Below are positions 1-9,397 of a stretch of DNA of 64,000 nt, one piece after another (positions within the stretch are counted from its first letter, which is position 1; each line of letters opens with the position of its first letter). Where the stretch lies: the sequence record LR597660; one strand, written 5' to 3'. The notes beneath the pieces are model-generated. The model made no database searches. It saw only the letters and a program-made list of their open reading frames with translations, and was not told the DNA's origin. This stretch comes from Escherichia phage T4_ev151. The position numbers and the translations under genes are program-made.

Positions 1-1010
1 GTACAGTATATCTGCAAGCTACAGAAGTTAAACAAATTGATTCAGGCGCATCTGACGCAGACAAATTAGATGCTGAAATTAAGAAACAAATGGAAGCTGG
101 TGTACTGGTAGAAATCGCTGAAGGTATGGCTACTTCTATCGCTGAACTTCAGGAAGGTTTTAACGGTTCTACCGATAACCCATGGAATGAAATGGGCTTC
201 CGTATCGATAAGCAAGTTATCGAAGCTAAATCTCGTCAGCTGAAAGCTGCTTACTCTATTGAATTAGCACAAGACCTTCGCGCTGTTCACGGTATGGATG
301 CTGATGCTGAACTGTCTGGTATTCTGGCTACCGAAATTATGCTGGAAATCAACCGCGAAGTTGTTGATTGGATTAACTACTCCGCTCAGGTTGGTAAATC
401 TGGTATGACCCTGACTCCGGGTTCTAAAGCTGGTGTATTTGACTTCCAGGATCCAATTGATATTCGTGGTGCTCGCTGGGCGGGTGAATCCTTTAAAGCT
501 CTGTTGTTCCAGATTGACAAAGAAGCAGTTGAAATTGCTCGTCAGACTGGTCGTGGTGAAGGTAACTTCATTATCGCTTCCCGTAACGTAGTTAACGTTC
601 TGGCTTCAGTTGATACCGGCATTTCTTATGCTGCACAGGGTCTGGCTACCGGCTTTAACACTGATACTACCAAGTCAGTATTTGCTGGTGTTCTGGGTGG
701 TAAATACCGTGTATATATCGACCAGTATGCTAAACAGGATTATTTCACTGTAGGTTATAAAGGTCCGAACGAAATGGATGCTGGTATTTACTATGCTCCA
801 TATGTAGCTCTGACTCCGCTGCGTGGTTCCGATCCGAAGAACTTCCAACCGGTAATGGGATTCAAAACTCGTTACGGTATCGGTATCAACCCATTTGCAG
901 AATCCGCTGCTCAGGCTCCGGCTTCTCGCATCCAGAGCGGTATGCCTTCTATTCTGAATAGCCTTGGTAAGAACGCTTACTTTAGACGTGTATATGTTAA
1001 AGGTATCTAA
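1..1010 (+). CDS. 23: major capsid protein gp23, C-terminal part (5' end outside window)
   Basis: Frame-3 ORF open from window start; translation (...AEIKKQMEAGVLVEIAEGMATSIAELQEGFNG ... FRRVYVKGI) matches recalled T4 gp23 C-terminus; stop at 1008-1010. Confidence 0.95.
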   Translation, partial: TVYLQATEVKQIDSGASDADKLDAEIKKQMEAGVLVEIAEGMATSIAELQEGFNGSTDNPWNEMGFRIDKQVIEAKSRQLKAAYSIELAQDLRAVHGMDADAELSGILATEIMLEINREVVDWINYSAQVGKSGMTLTPGSKAGVFDFQDPIDIRGARWAGESFKALLFQIDKEAVEIARQTGRGEGNFIIASRNVVNVLASVDTGISYAAQGLATGFNTDTTKSVFAGVLGGKYRVYIDQYAKQDYFTVGYKGPNEMDAGIYYAPYVALTPLRGSDPKNFQPVMGFKTRYGIGINPFAESAAQAPASRIQSGMPSILNSLGKNAYFRRVYVKGI

Positions 1011-1025
1011 TCTTTGACGATTTAA

Positions 1026-1047
1026 GGGACCTTCGGGTCCCTTTAGT
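1026..1047 (+). terminator. rho-independent terminator after gene 23
   Basis: GGGACC-TTCG-GGTCCC stem with UUCG tetraloop followed by T-rich tract. Confidence 0.75.
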
Positions 1048-1058
1048 TGTTTTTATGG

Positions 1059-1066
1059 TATAAATA
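1059..1066 (+). promoter_or_regulatory. late promoter TATAAATA upstream of gene 24
   Basis: Exact TATAAATA about 28 nt upstream of the gene 24 ATG; SD AAAGGAAA. Confidence 0.6.
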
Positions 1067-1093
1067 AATCATATAAACCAAAAGGAAAGCGCA

Positions 1094-2377
1094 ATGGCTA
1101 AAATCAACGAACTTCTGCGCGAATCAACCACAACGAATAGCAACTCAATCGGTCGCCCAAATCTCGTTGCTTTGACTCGCGCTACCACTAAATTAATATA
1201 TTCTGACATTGTAGCAACGCAAAGAACTAATCAACCTGTTGCTGCTTTTTATGGTATCAAATACCTTAACCCAGACAATGAATTTACATTTAAAACTGGT
1301 GCTACTTATGCTGGCGAAGCTGGATATGTAGACCGAGAACAAATCACAGAATTAACAGAAGAGTCTAAATTAACTCTCAATAAAGGCGATTTATTCAAAT
1401 ATAATAATATCGTTTATAAAGTATTAGAAGATACACCATTTGCTGATATTGAAGAAAGCGATTTAGAATTGGCTCTTCAGATTGCAATTGTTCTTTTAAA
1501 GGTTCGTCTATTTTCTGACGCAGCGTCAACAAGCAAATTTGAAAGCTCTGATAGTGAAATTGCGGATGCTAGATTCCAGATTAATAAATGGCAAACCGCA
1601 GTTAAATCTCGCAAACTTAAAACTGGTATCACAGTTGAATTAGCACAAGATTTAGAAGCAAATGGATTCGATGCTCCTAATTTCTTGGAAGATTTGCTTG
1701 CAACTGAAATGGCAGATGAAATCAATAAAGATATTCTGCAGTCTTTGATTACAGTGTCAAAACGCTATAAAGTTACAGGAATTACTGATACTGGATTCAT
1801 CGATTTGAGTTATGCATCTGCACCTGAAGCTGGTCGTTCATTATACCGAATGGTATGTGAAATGGTTTCGCATATCCAAAAAGAATCAACTTATACAGCA
1901 ACGTTCTGTGTTGCTTCTGCTCGTGCCGCTGCGATTCTTGCTGCTTCAGGTTGGTTAAAACATAAACCAGAAGATGACAAATATCTTTCACAAAATGCCT
2001 ATGGGTTTTTAGCTAATGGTTTACCACTTTATTGCGATACTAACAGCCCATTAGATTATGTAATCGTTGGCGTAGTAGAAAATATCGGTGAAAAAGAAAT
2101 TGTTGGATCAATTTTCTATGCTCCGTATACAGAAGGTCTCGACTTAGATGACCCTGAACATGTAGGTGCATTTAAAGTTGTTGTTGATCCAGAAAGCTTG
2201 CAACCGTCTATCGGTTTATTAGTTAGATATGCTTTATCTGCAAATCCTTACACCGTAGCAAAAGATGAAAAAGAAGCAAGAGTAATTGATGGTGGAGACA
2301 TGGATAAAATGGCGGGTCGTTCAGATTTGTCTGTTTTATTAGGTGTTAAGCTACCAAAAATTATCATTGATGAATAA
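1094..2377 (+). CDS. 24: head vertex protein gp24
   Basis: 427 aa ORF, ATG start with SD; sequence and length match recalled T4 gp24; directly downstream of gene 23. Confidence 0.92.
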   Translation: MAKINELLRESTTTNSNSIGRPNLVALTRATTKLIYSDIVATQRTNQPVAAFYGIKYLNPDNEFTFKTGATYAGEAGYVDREQITELTEESKLTLNKGDLFKYNNIVYKVLEDTPFADIEESDLELALQIAIVLLKVRLFSDAASTSKFESSDSEIADARFQINKWQTAVKSRKLKTGITVELAQDLEANGFDAPNFLEDLLATEMADEINKDILQSLITVSKRYKVTGITDTGFIDLSYASAPEAGRSLYRMVCEMVSHIQKESTYTATFCVASARAAAILAASGWLKHKPEDDKYLSQNAYGFLANGLPLYCDTNSPLDYVIVGVVENIGEKEIVGSIFYAPYTEGLDLDDPEHVGAFKVVVDPESLQPSIGLLVRYALSANPYTVAKDEKEARVIDGGDMDKMAGRSDLSVLLGVKLPKIIIDE

Positions 2378-2383
2378 AACAAA

Positions 2384-2405
2384 GGGACCGAAAGGTCCCT
2401 TTTTA
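2384..2405. terminator. stem-loop terminator between convergent genes 24 and rnlB
   Basis: GGGACC-GAAA-GGTCCC with GNRA loop followed by TTTTTATTT. Confidence 0.7.
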
Positions 2406-2406
2406 T

Positions 2407-3411
2407 TTAACTTACCAATTCAATCCAAGCCGGACGAAGTACATCTTGTACCATTTTAACTAATTCCTTTTTAACTAAAGAAGGATTATCTGCTTGAGTT
2501 AGAGTAATACCTTCACGAGAAGTTTCTTCCAAAATATCTTGAACAGTTAGTCCCATCACCTTTCCAAAATCTTTTGGACCAATTTCGCCAATTTTAGAAA
2601 TAACGTTATTTACTCGGTTTAGTGTAACGTAACAAGCTAAAATCCCCACCAATTTGTTATCAGCTTCTGACAGTTCAACTTTAGCTTTAATAAGCTTATC
2701 AGACTTTTTCTTTTCACTAAATTTAGAATTCTTGCATTTGATGGCTACACGATTTCCATTATGAAGCCAAGAAGGATAACAAGGTTTCAATACATATCCT
2801 TCAGCGGTAAATACTTCGCCTTTGGCTTCAGCTTTCCAAACGCATTTATTTGCATCAACTAATCCAGCATGGTCTACTGTAAAATTATAATCTTGGACGA
2901 CAGAATCTAAATCATTTGGCAATTTAATAAGCTCTTCAAATTTACCGCGACCTAAAAGTGGAGCCATTTTAAATTTAAATGTATTGCAGAATGATTCCAT
3001 CATATAATCGTCGACATAAGTCACATCACCACTTTCTGTAGTGACAATAATGTCAAATACATAAAAATCTTTATCACCATAATCAACATTCTTCTGAATG
3101 CCAGGTCCAGCGAATTCGCCAAAGACTTGATAAGATACAACCGCTGAGGTTTCCATAATATTTTGTACTGCTTTAATGGAATCAGCGTAATTCTTTAAAA
3201 TAATTTCATAACCGAAGAAATCTTCAGCAGGAAGAATCGGTCCAGTACGTTTAGCACAAGTTACTTTATCACGCTCAATAATCAATGAGAAATTTGTGCC
3301 GTGAATCTTTTCACGAGCTACCCATTCGCCGCCAGTCAATCCTAAGCTATAAAGTTTTTCAATAAATTTAGAGTTGTAATGATTTTCAAGACTGCTATAC
3401 TTTTTAAACAT
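2407..3411 (-). CDS. rnlB: RNA ligase 2 (Rnl2)
   Basis: 334 aa; N-terminus [21 protein letters not shown] with KxHG nucleotidyltransferase lysine motif; length equals T4 Rnl2. Confidence 0.9.
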   Translation of the reverse strand: MFKKYSSLENHYNSKFIEKLYSLGLTGGEWVAREKIHGTNFSLIIERDKVTCAKRTGPILPAEDFFGYEIILKNYADSIKAVQNIMETSAVVSYQVFGEFAGPGIQKNVDYGDKDFYVFDIIVTTESGDVTYVDDYMMESFCNTFKFKMAPLLGRGKFEELIKLPNDLDSVVQDYNFTVDHAGLVDANKCVWKAEAKGEVFTAEGYVLKPCYPSWLHNGNRVAIKCKNSKFSEKKKSDKLIKAKVELSEADNKLVGILACYVTLNRVNNVISKIGEIGPKDFGKVMGLTVQDILEETSREGITLTQADNPSLVKKELVKMVQDVLRPAWIELVS

Positions 3412-3420
3412 AATTAATCC

Positions 3421-3699
3421 TCAAAATGTAATTTCTAACCAATCACCATCACGCTGATCACTATTGACTTTAAAGCTGAATCCTTCTTTTCTCAGCCAAT
3501 CACCAATTTCTTCAGTAATCAATTTATCACGAGCAATACAATAATAATTAAAATGTGTTTTACCTTGTTCAGCTGCTTTATTAGCAAGTTCCGAAAAATC
3601 TTTAATAAAACACTCTAGTTTAAACTGTTTACTTTTTAATGCTTTTTCACGTAATTGATTAGCAAAAGATTCATTTTCATAAAAATCATACTGTTCCAT
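3421..3699 (-). CDS. hypothetical protein (T4 24.2 position)
   Basis: 92 aa ORF between rnlB and hoc on the same strand as flanking genes. Confidence 0.6.
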   Translation of the reverse strand: MEQYDFYENESFANQLREKALKSKQFKLECFIKDFSELANKAAEQGKTHFNYYCIARDKLITEEIGDWLRKEGFSFKVNSDQRDGDWLEITF

Positions 3700-3901
3700 T
3701 TTTCACCTTTTTATTAATATGTCTTTTTCTATAGACAACTTTTTCTCGAGTTTCAAATTTATTCTTAGCAGTCATAGCTCGAGCCCATAATACAGCCACT
3801 TCTTTTGCCTGTAAGTTCAATTCACGAGCAATTTCAATGAATGACTTTCCAGACTCATGAAGAGTAAACACCACAACCTCAGTTCTCATAATCAATCTCA
3901 T
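3686..3901 (-). CDS. hypothetical small protein (T4 24.3 position); start uncertain
   Basis: 71 aa ORF overlapping the previous ORF; start codon not checked. Confidence 0.5.
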   Translation of the reverse strand: MRLIMRTEVVVFTLHESGKSFIEIARELNLQAKEVAVLWARAMTAKNKFETREKVVYRKRHINKKVKNGTV

Positions 3902-3967
3902 GTTATCGAGTTGGTGCCATTATATACATCATTTTCTGAGTGTGTTTTGTGTGCTTTCAAAATGAAG

Positions 3968-3986
3968 AAAGGGGCCGAAGCCCCTT
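3968..3986 (-). terminator. stem-loop downstream of hoc
   Basis: AAAGGGGC-CGAA-GCCCCTT hairpin immediately 3' of the hoc stop on the - strand. Confidence 0.5.
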
Positions 3987-3990
3987 ATGA

Positions 3991-5697
3991 TTATGGATAG
4001 GTATAGATGATACCAGTTTCTAAAGCAGTTTTATGAATGATGTATCCATTACGCGATTCTTGGACATCAACTTCTGGATAATCTTTCATCATCTTCTGGA
4101 GAGTGTAACGATGCAAGTAGTACTTACTATCTGGATCGTCAGTTTTCCAATCTTTACCTTCTTCGGTCATTTTTTGGATTTCATCCATAACCCACCAACC
4201 GCACCAGATATAAGCCGAAGTACGATGTGGAAGAGGATGAACATAAGGCAATTCACCTTCTGGTTCTGGAGCAACTTTATCAGTTACCTGAACTTGACCT
4301 TCTGCTGTGATAGTTTTGCTATCATAATCAGTAGCAGTAACAGTTGCAGTAACTTCAATAGTTTGACTTCCAATAGATGATGTATCAACAGTGTATACAT
4401 TAGTTGACCCTTCTACTGGAGAAGAATCTTTCTTCCATGAATATTCGATTTGTGCTTCTTCTGGAGCATCCGTAACATTAGCAGTAAATGTAGCCGAAGC
4501 ATCTTGCTGAACGTTAATAGAAGGAGGAGTCAATGTAACCCGTGGATTCATTGTTTTCTTATTAACAGTCAATGATACTTCATTAGAAGTAACTTCCTTT
4601 TCATTGTAATTTTCTGCAGTTACTTGCGCTACACACTTAACTGTTTTAGCTCCAACTGTGGTAGGAGTATAGTTAAATGTAGTAGTAGTTTCTCCATCGA
4701 CCAGAGAACCGTCAACATACCACTGATACGTAGCAGACGCTCCTGGTGGCTGTGAAGCCAAGGCAGCAGTAAATTGAACTGGGGTTCCAATTACTGCTGC
4801 AGCAGGATTAGCAGGAGTTACGGCTAACGTAGTTGTCTGTGTTTTCTTATTAACTGTTAATGATACTTCATTAGAAGTAACTGTTTTTGCGTCATAATCT
4901 GTTGCTGTTACTTGGGCTACGCATTTAATTCTTTTAACCCCACTTGTAGTTGGAGTGTAATTGAACGTAGCATTAGTTTCTCCACCAACTTGTGAATCAT
5001 CTACATACCACTGATACGTAGCAGATGCTCCTAGCGGCTGCGAAGCTAAGGCAGCAGTAAATTGAACTGGGGTTCCAATTACTCCTGCTGGAGGACTATC
5101 AGGAGTTACTGCCAAAGTAGTTGTCTGCTCCTTTTTATTAACAGTCAGTGATACTTCATTAGAAGTAACGCTTAGTGCATCATAATCTGTCGCAGTTACT
5201 TGAGCTACACACTTGATTTTTTTAACTCCGCTTGTGTCAGGAGTGTAATTGAATGTAGCGTCAGTTGCTTCGTCTACAGGAGAACCGTCAACGTACCACT
5301 GATATGTGGCGTTTGCGCCAGATGGCTGCGAAGCTAAGGCAGCGGTAAATTCAATTGGAGTTCCAATCACTCCAGCATCAGGGCTACCAGGAGTTACAGC
5401 TAAAGTAGTTGTTTGTGTCTTATTTTGAACTGTGATAGTTGTACTAATTTCAGCTGTTTCAGCTTCACTGTCAGGAACTGGATTTGTTGCAACTACTTTA
5501 ATAGTTTTCTGGCCTGCAGGCCCCTTTAATACATAACTAAAAGTTGCTGACGTTTCTTCCTGTGGAGCACCGTCTACAGTCCAAGCATATGTAATAGGTC
5601 CATCTCCAGTTTGACCACTGGGTGTAGCAGTAAACTGCTGAGTCTGATCTATAACTCCAGTAGGTGTTTTAGGAGTTATATCAACTGTAAAAGTCAT
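3991..5697 (-). CDS. hoc: outer capsid decoration protein Hoc, extended variant with extra Ig-like repeats
   Basis: 568 aa; C-terminal capsid-binding tail (...YIWCGWWVMDEIQKMTEEGKDWKTDDPDSKYYLHRYTLQKMMKDYPEVDVQESRNGYIIHKTALETGIIYTYP) matches recalled T4 Hoc; preceded by repeated ~96-aa Ig-like modules; ATG with AAGGA SD. Confidence 0.85.
   Translation of the reverse strand: MTFTVDITPKTPTGVIDQTQQFTATPSGQTGDGPITYAWTVDGAPQEETSATFSYVLKGPAGQKTIKVVATNPVPDSEAETAEISTTITVQNKTQTTTLAVTPGSPDAGVIGTPIEFTAALASQPSGANATYQWYVDGSPVDEATDATFNYTPDTSGVKKIKCVAQVTATDYDALSVTSNEVSLTVNKKEQTTTLAVTPDSPPAGVIGTPVQFTAALASQPLGASATYQWYVDDSQVGGETNATFNYTPTTSGVKRIKCVAQVTATDYDAKTVTSNEVSLTVNKKTQTTTLAVTPANPAAAVIGTPVQFTAALASQPPGASATYQWYVDGSLVDGETTTTFNYTPTTVGAKTVKCVAQVTAENYNEKEVTSNEVSLTVNKKTMNPRVTLTPPSINVQQDASATFTANVTDAPEEAQIEYSWKKDSSPVEGSTNVYTVDTSSIGSQTIEVTATVTATDYDSKTITAEGQVQVTDKVAPEPEGELPYVHPLPHRTSAYIWCGWWVMDEIQKMTEEGKDWKTDDPDSKYYLHRYTLQKMMKDYPEVDVQESRNGYIIHKTALETGIIYTYP
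4558..5421. repeat. three tandem copies of a ~288-bp unit inside hoc
   Basis: Landmark string cttattaac(a/t)gt(c/t)a(a/g)tgatacttcattagaagtaac recurs at ~4558, ~4846, ~5134 (period 288 bp = 96 codons); protein shows SNEVSLTVNKK...TTLAVTP...ATYQWYVD...IKCVAQVTATDYD repeated. Confidence 0.85.
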
Positions 5698-5706
5698 AAG
5701 TTATCC

Positions 5707-6387
5707 TTATTTTAATGTTACGAAAGAAGAATTGCGTGTTTCACGAATTAAAACTGATCCGTCACGGTTAATGTAATAAATTAAGCTAAATAAAGTTTGG
5801 TGTGCTGACGCGTGTTCAAAACTAGTTGGGTGAGATTTCCAATCCGGAGTTTCAGCTATCCATTGATAAATCCACCAAGGAACGGTGCAGAATCCTGGAT
5901 TTTTTCCAATCAACTGAAGATTCGGGCTAAAGTTTTCCGGAAGAGTAAATACAGACGGCTTTTCAGATTCAATAATCTCAGCTACAGCCTGTTCAAATTT
6001 TTCTTCAACAAAAGGAGTATCTTCAATCAAAACATCGGCATTTTCGGGAATTTTATCCGTTTCTACTACTTCAATTTTAATGTCAGATTTAACCGGAGAA
6101 TCAATCAGAAGTGCTGCTTCTGGATTGACTTCTTCATCGTCATATTTTAATCCCTCTGCAGCATCAGCAGCATCAATTAAGTCTTTAATAGATAACCCAT
6201 CAGTCTCTGGCATAGGTTCACTAGCGAGCTTCTGGAGGGCTTCTTCAATATCAACAACGATATTATCAAAAGATTTATTCTTTTTGACCTTTATACCAAA
6301 CTGTTCAGCATATTCAGCTAATTTAGCTTTAGCTTCTTTGTTATCATCAAGAGCCTTCAGCTCTGCAATATAATCTTTATCTATCAT
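5707..6387 (-). CDS. inh: inhibitor of prohead protease (Inh)
   Basis: 226 aa acidic protein between hoc and segD, as in T4; ATG start verified. Confidence 0.75.
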   Translation of the reverse strand: MIDKDYIAELKALDDNKEAKAKLAEYAEQFGIKVKKNKSFDNIVVDIEEALQKLASEPMPETDGLSIKDLIDAADAAEGLKYDDEEVNPEAALLIDSPVKSDIKIEVVETDKIPENADVLIEDTPFVEEKFEQAVAEIIESEKPSVFTLPENFSPNLQLIGKNPGFCTVPWWIYQWIAETPDWKSHPTSFEHASAHQTLFSLIYYINRDGSVLIRETRNSSFVTLK

Positions 6388-6400
6388 AATATTTCCTCAG

Positions 6401-6408
6401 TATAAATA
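6401..6408 (+). promoter_or_regulatory. late-promoter-like TATAAATA upstream of segD
   Basis: Exact TATAAATA 29 nt upstream of the segD ATG. Confidence 0.45.
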
Positions 6409-6436
6409 TAGATATATTTATTACTCGGAAAATAGT

Positions 6437-7054
6437 ATGTACCACTTTGTATATGAAACAACAAATCTAATAAACGGTAAAAAGTATATAGGAAAACACT
6501 CTACTGATGACTTGAATGATGGTTACCTTGGTTCCGGTAAGGCAATTCAGCAGGCTATAAAGAAATATGGTGAAAACAATTTCTCTAGAACAATATTAAA
6601 AGAGTTTAAAACTTCTGAAGAAGCGTACATGTATGAAGAAGAAATTATAACTCCTGAAATAATAAAAAGCAAAAATTATTATAATATGAAACCTGGTGGA
6701 ATTGGTGGAATTGTTATGACTACAGAGGTTATAGCAAAGATGAAAGAATCTTCCGCTAAGAGATTTGAAAACTCACCGGGCACGGTATTAGGTACAACTT
6801 GTTACACCAATGGAACTAAAAATATTTTTATTAAACCTGGAGAACTTGTTCCAGAAGGATTTGTAAAAGGAATGGTTCATCCTAATAGAAAGTCCAGAAA
6901 AGGATGTAAAGTCAAACCGACTACCACAGGAACTTTTTGGGTCAATAACGGTGCAATAAATAAATTAATACAACCAGACGGTATTATTCCCGACGGATTT
7001 ATTAAAGGTCGTCTCATGAAAAGAGATTCTAAAGGCAAATTTAGTAAGGCATAA
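6437..7054 (+). CDS. segD: free-standing GIY-YIG homing endonuclease (Seg family)
   Basis: 205 aa; N-terminal ...VYETTNLINGKKYIGKHS... GIY-YIG-type motif; C-terminal duplicated I(P)xGF(V/I)KG DNA-binding-like repeats; sits between inh and uvsW as T4 segD. Confidence 0.75.
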   Translation: MYHFVYETTNLINGKKYIGKHSTDDLNDGYLGSGKAIQQAIKKYGENNFSRTILKEFKTSEEAYMYEEEIITPEIIKSKNYYNMKPGGIGGIVMTTEVIAKMKESSAKRFENSPGTVLGTTCYTNGTKNIFIKPGELVPEGFVKGMVHPNRKSRKGCKVKPTTTGTFWVNNGAINKLIQPDGIIPDGFIKGRLMKRDSKGKFSKA

Positions 7055-7056
7055 TT

Positions 7057-8565
7057 ATGGATATTAAAGTACATTTTCACGACTTCAGCCATGTACGCAT
7101 CGATTGTGAAGAGAGCACGTTCCACGAATTAAGAGATTTCTTTTCGTTTGAGGCCGATGGATATAGGTTTAATCCTCGCTTCAGATATGGCAACTGGGAT
7201 GGACGAATCCGTCTTTTAGATTATAATCGTCTTCTTCCATTTGGCTTGGTCGGGCAAATTAAAAAGTTCTGTGATAACTTTGGCTATAAAGCCTGGATTG
7301 ACCCACAAATTAACGAAAAAGAAGAATTATCAAGAAAAGATTTTGATGAATGGCTTTCTAAATTAGAAATCTATTCAGGAAATAAAAGAATTGAACCACA
7401 CTGGTATCAAAAAGATGCAGTGTTCGAAGGATTAGTTAATCGTCGTAGAATTCTTAATCTTCCAACATCTGCAGGTAAATCGTTAATTCAAGCTCTGCTT
7501 GCTCGGTATTATTTGGAAAATTATGAAGGTAAAATTCTTATCATTGTTCCAACAACTGCTCTAACAACTCAGATGGCTGATGACTTCGTTGACTATCGTT
7601 TATTCAGTCATGCAATGATAAAGAAAATTGGTGGCGGAGCATCAAAAGATGATAAATATAAAAATGATGCACCAGTCGTTGTTGGTACATGGCAAACTGT
7701 AGTAAAACAACCGAAAGAATGGTTCTCACAGTTTGGAATGATGATGAATGATGAATGCCATCTTGCTACAGGAAAAAGTATTTCATCTATCATATCAGGT
7801 TTAAATAACTGCATGTTCAAATTTGGTCTATCTGGTTCATTACGTGATGGCAAAGCCAATATCATGCAGTATGTTGGAATGTTTGGTGAAATATTTAAGC
7901 CAGTAACGACTTCTAAGTTAATGGAAGATGGACAAGTAACTGAGCTAAAAATTAATAGTATTTTTCTTCGCTATCCCGATGAGTTCACTACTAAATTAAA
8001 GGGAAAAACTTATCAAGAAGAAATAAAAATTATTACTGGGCTCAGTAAAAGAAATAAATGGATCGCTAAATTAGCTATTAAGCTTGCGCAAAAAGATGAA
8101 AACGCTTTTGTCATGTTTAAACATGTATCGCACGGTAAAGCTATTTTCGATTTAATTAAAAATGAATACGATAAAGTTTATTACGTATCAGGGGAAGTTG
8201 ATACCGAAACCCGCAATATAATGAAAACTTTAGCTGAAAATGGTAAAGGAATAATTATAGTAGCTAGTTATGGTGTATTTTCTACTGGTATTTCAGTTAA
8301 AAATCTACATCACGTTGTTTTAGCGCACGGTGTTAAATCAAAAATCATTGTATTACAAACAATCGGTCGTGTATTACGTAAGCATGGTTCTAAGACAATA
8401 GCAACAGTCTGGGACCTCATAGATGATTGTGGTGTTAAGCCAAAATCTGCTAATACGAAAAAGAAATATGTTCATTTGAACTATCTTTTAAAACACGGCA
8501 TTGATCGTATTCAGCGCTACGCAGATGAAAAATTTAATTACGTAATGAAAACAGTTAATTTATAA
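7057..8565 (+). CDS. uvsW: UvsW DNA/RNA helicase
   Basis: 502 aa; Walker A (LPTSAGKS) and DECH box (MMNDECH); T4 position between segD and uvsY. Confidence 0.9.
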   Translation: MDIKVHFHDFSHVRIDCEESTFHELRDFFSFEADGYRFNPRFRYGNWDGRIRLLDYNRLLPFGLVGQIKKFCDNFGYKAWIDPQINEKEELSRKDFDEWLSKLEIYSGNKRIEPHWYQKDAVFEGLVNRRRILNLPTSAGKSLIQALLARYYLENYEGKILIIVPTTALTTQMADDFVDYRLFSHAMIKKIGGGASKDDKYKNDAPVVVGTWQTVVKQPKEWFSQFGMMMNDECHLATGKSISSIISGLNNCMFKFGLSGSLRDGKANIMQYVGMFGEIFKPVTTSKLMEDGQVTELKINSIFLRYPDEFTTKLKGKTYQEEIKIITGLSKRNKWIAKLAIKLAQKDENAFVMFKHVSHGKAIFDLIKNEYDKVYYVSGEVDTETRNIMKTLAENGKGIIIVASYGVFSTGISVKNLHHVVLAHGVKSKIIVLQTIGRVLRKHGSKTIATVWDLIDDCGVKPKSANTKKKYVHLNYLLKHGIDRIQRYADEKFNYVMKTVNL

Positions 8566-8590
8566 GGGCTTCGGCCCTTTGGAGAAAAAG

Positions 8591-8824
8591 ATGTTACTAG
8601 AATTTAAACAATTTCTTTATGAAGCTTCTATTGATGAATTTATGGGTAAAATTGCCTCTTGTCAAACATTAGAAGGTTTAGAAGAACTTGAAGCTTATTA
8701 TAAGAAAAGAGTTAAAGAAACTGAATTAAAAGATACTGATGACATCTCTGTGAGAGATGCTTTGGCAGGAAAAAGAGCTGAATTAGAAGATTCAGACGAT
8801 GATGAAGTAGAAGAAAGTTTTTAA
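8591..8824 (+). CDS. uvsW.1: UvsW.1-like small acidic protein
   Basis: Track ORF begins at TTG 8579; first ATG at 8591 is preceded by GGAG SD at 8581-8584, giving 77 aa. Confidence 0.7.
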   Translation: MLLEFKQFLYEASIDEFMGKIASCQTLEGLEELEAYYKKRVKETELKDTDDISVRDALAGKRAELEDSDDDEVEESF

Positions 8825-8878
8825 ATAAAAAAGGCCCAACCAAAAAGGAAGGGCCAAAACTATAGACTAAAGGTCACA

Positions 8879-9046
8879 CTATAGCAAAAGTTGTGTTTCA
8901 TTTAATTGTTCTTCCGAACTTTCTGAAACTGGTAGTTCTTTAATGTAATTATAGCAAGGCCCAGGATGTACAGGACCTTTGTCTGTTTCAACAACCAATG
9001 CAGAATCGATTGGAGTTTTACAGACAACACAAATCTTATCTGACAT
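8879..9046 (-). CDS. small Cys-containing protein (T4 uvsY.-2 position)
   Basis: Hand-translated 55 aa ORF (MSDKICVVCKTPIDSALVVETDKGPVHPGPCYNYIKELPVSESSEEQLNETQLLL), below the 60-aa track cutoff; ATG preceded by GGAGA SD. Confidence 0.6.
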   Translation of the reverse strand: MSDKICVVCKTPIDSALVVETDKGPVHPGPCYNYIKELPVSESSEEQLNETQLLL

Positions 9047-9071
9047 GATTGTCTCCTCTGAATTATATATC

Positions 9072-9079
9072 TATTTATA
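9072..9079 (-). promoter_or_regulatory. late promoter TATAAATA (- strand) upstream of the 55-aa ORF
   Basis: TATTTATA on + strand = TATAAATA on - strand, 26 nt upstream of ATG at 9046. Confidence 0.5.
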
Positions 9080-9169
9080 ACCCCATCTTAAAACGCATTT
9101 CTTGTACACGCTTTAAACATGCTTCCATTTCTGCTAAAAGTCTAAATACTTCTTTATAATTTGTCATAT

Positions 9170-9397
9170 TTACCCCATATCTCTCATATGCATATCAATG
9201 CCCATATCTTTAGAATAAAAATATTCATCAAGATATCCGGCAAATTTTCCTTTAATATAAAGGACATCTTCACCACACGGGTGGTCGGCCAGGATACGAA
9301 TATCCTGACGCTTAATATTATGCTTTTTCATTAAGAATTGAATTTCCGTTTCAAATTCTTCTTCATAATTAAAAGCATCATCAATGTTATATCTCAT
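9170..9397 (-). CDS. hypothetical protein (T4 uvsY.-1 position)
   Basis: 75 aa ORF; ATG at 9397 overlaps the uvsY stop (TAATG). Confidence 0.65.
   Translation of the reverse strand: MRYNIDDAFNYEEEFETEIQFLMKKHNIKRQDIRILADHPCGEDVLYIKGKFAGYLDEYFYSKDMGIDMHMRDMG

Noticed and set aside
4033-4380. 115-aa + strand ORF antisense to hoc
   Set aside because: Lies entirely inside the well-supported hoc CDS on the opposite strand; low-complexity translation typical of antisense frames in an A/T-rich genome; no SD.
4558-5421. Tandem repeats considered as a CRISPR array or satellite
   Set aside because: Units are 288 bp, in-frame and protein-coding (Ig-like modules of Hoc) with no spacer/repeat alternation; not CRISPR.
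5812-6373. Two + strand ORFs (112 aa and 97 aa) antisense to inh
   Set aside because: Overlap the inh CDS on the opposite strand; Ser/Phe-rich low-complexity products; no start context.
9065-9157. Possible 30-aa ORF (MTNYKEVFRLLAEMEACLKRVQEMRFKMGL) between two small - strand genes
   Set aside because: Weak SD and overlap with the late-promoter TATAAATA at its 3' end; cannot be distinguished from chance by eye.
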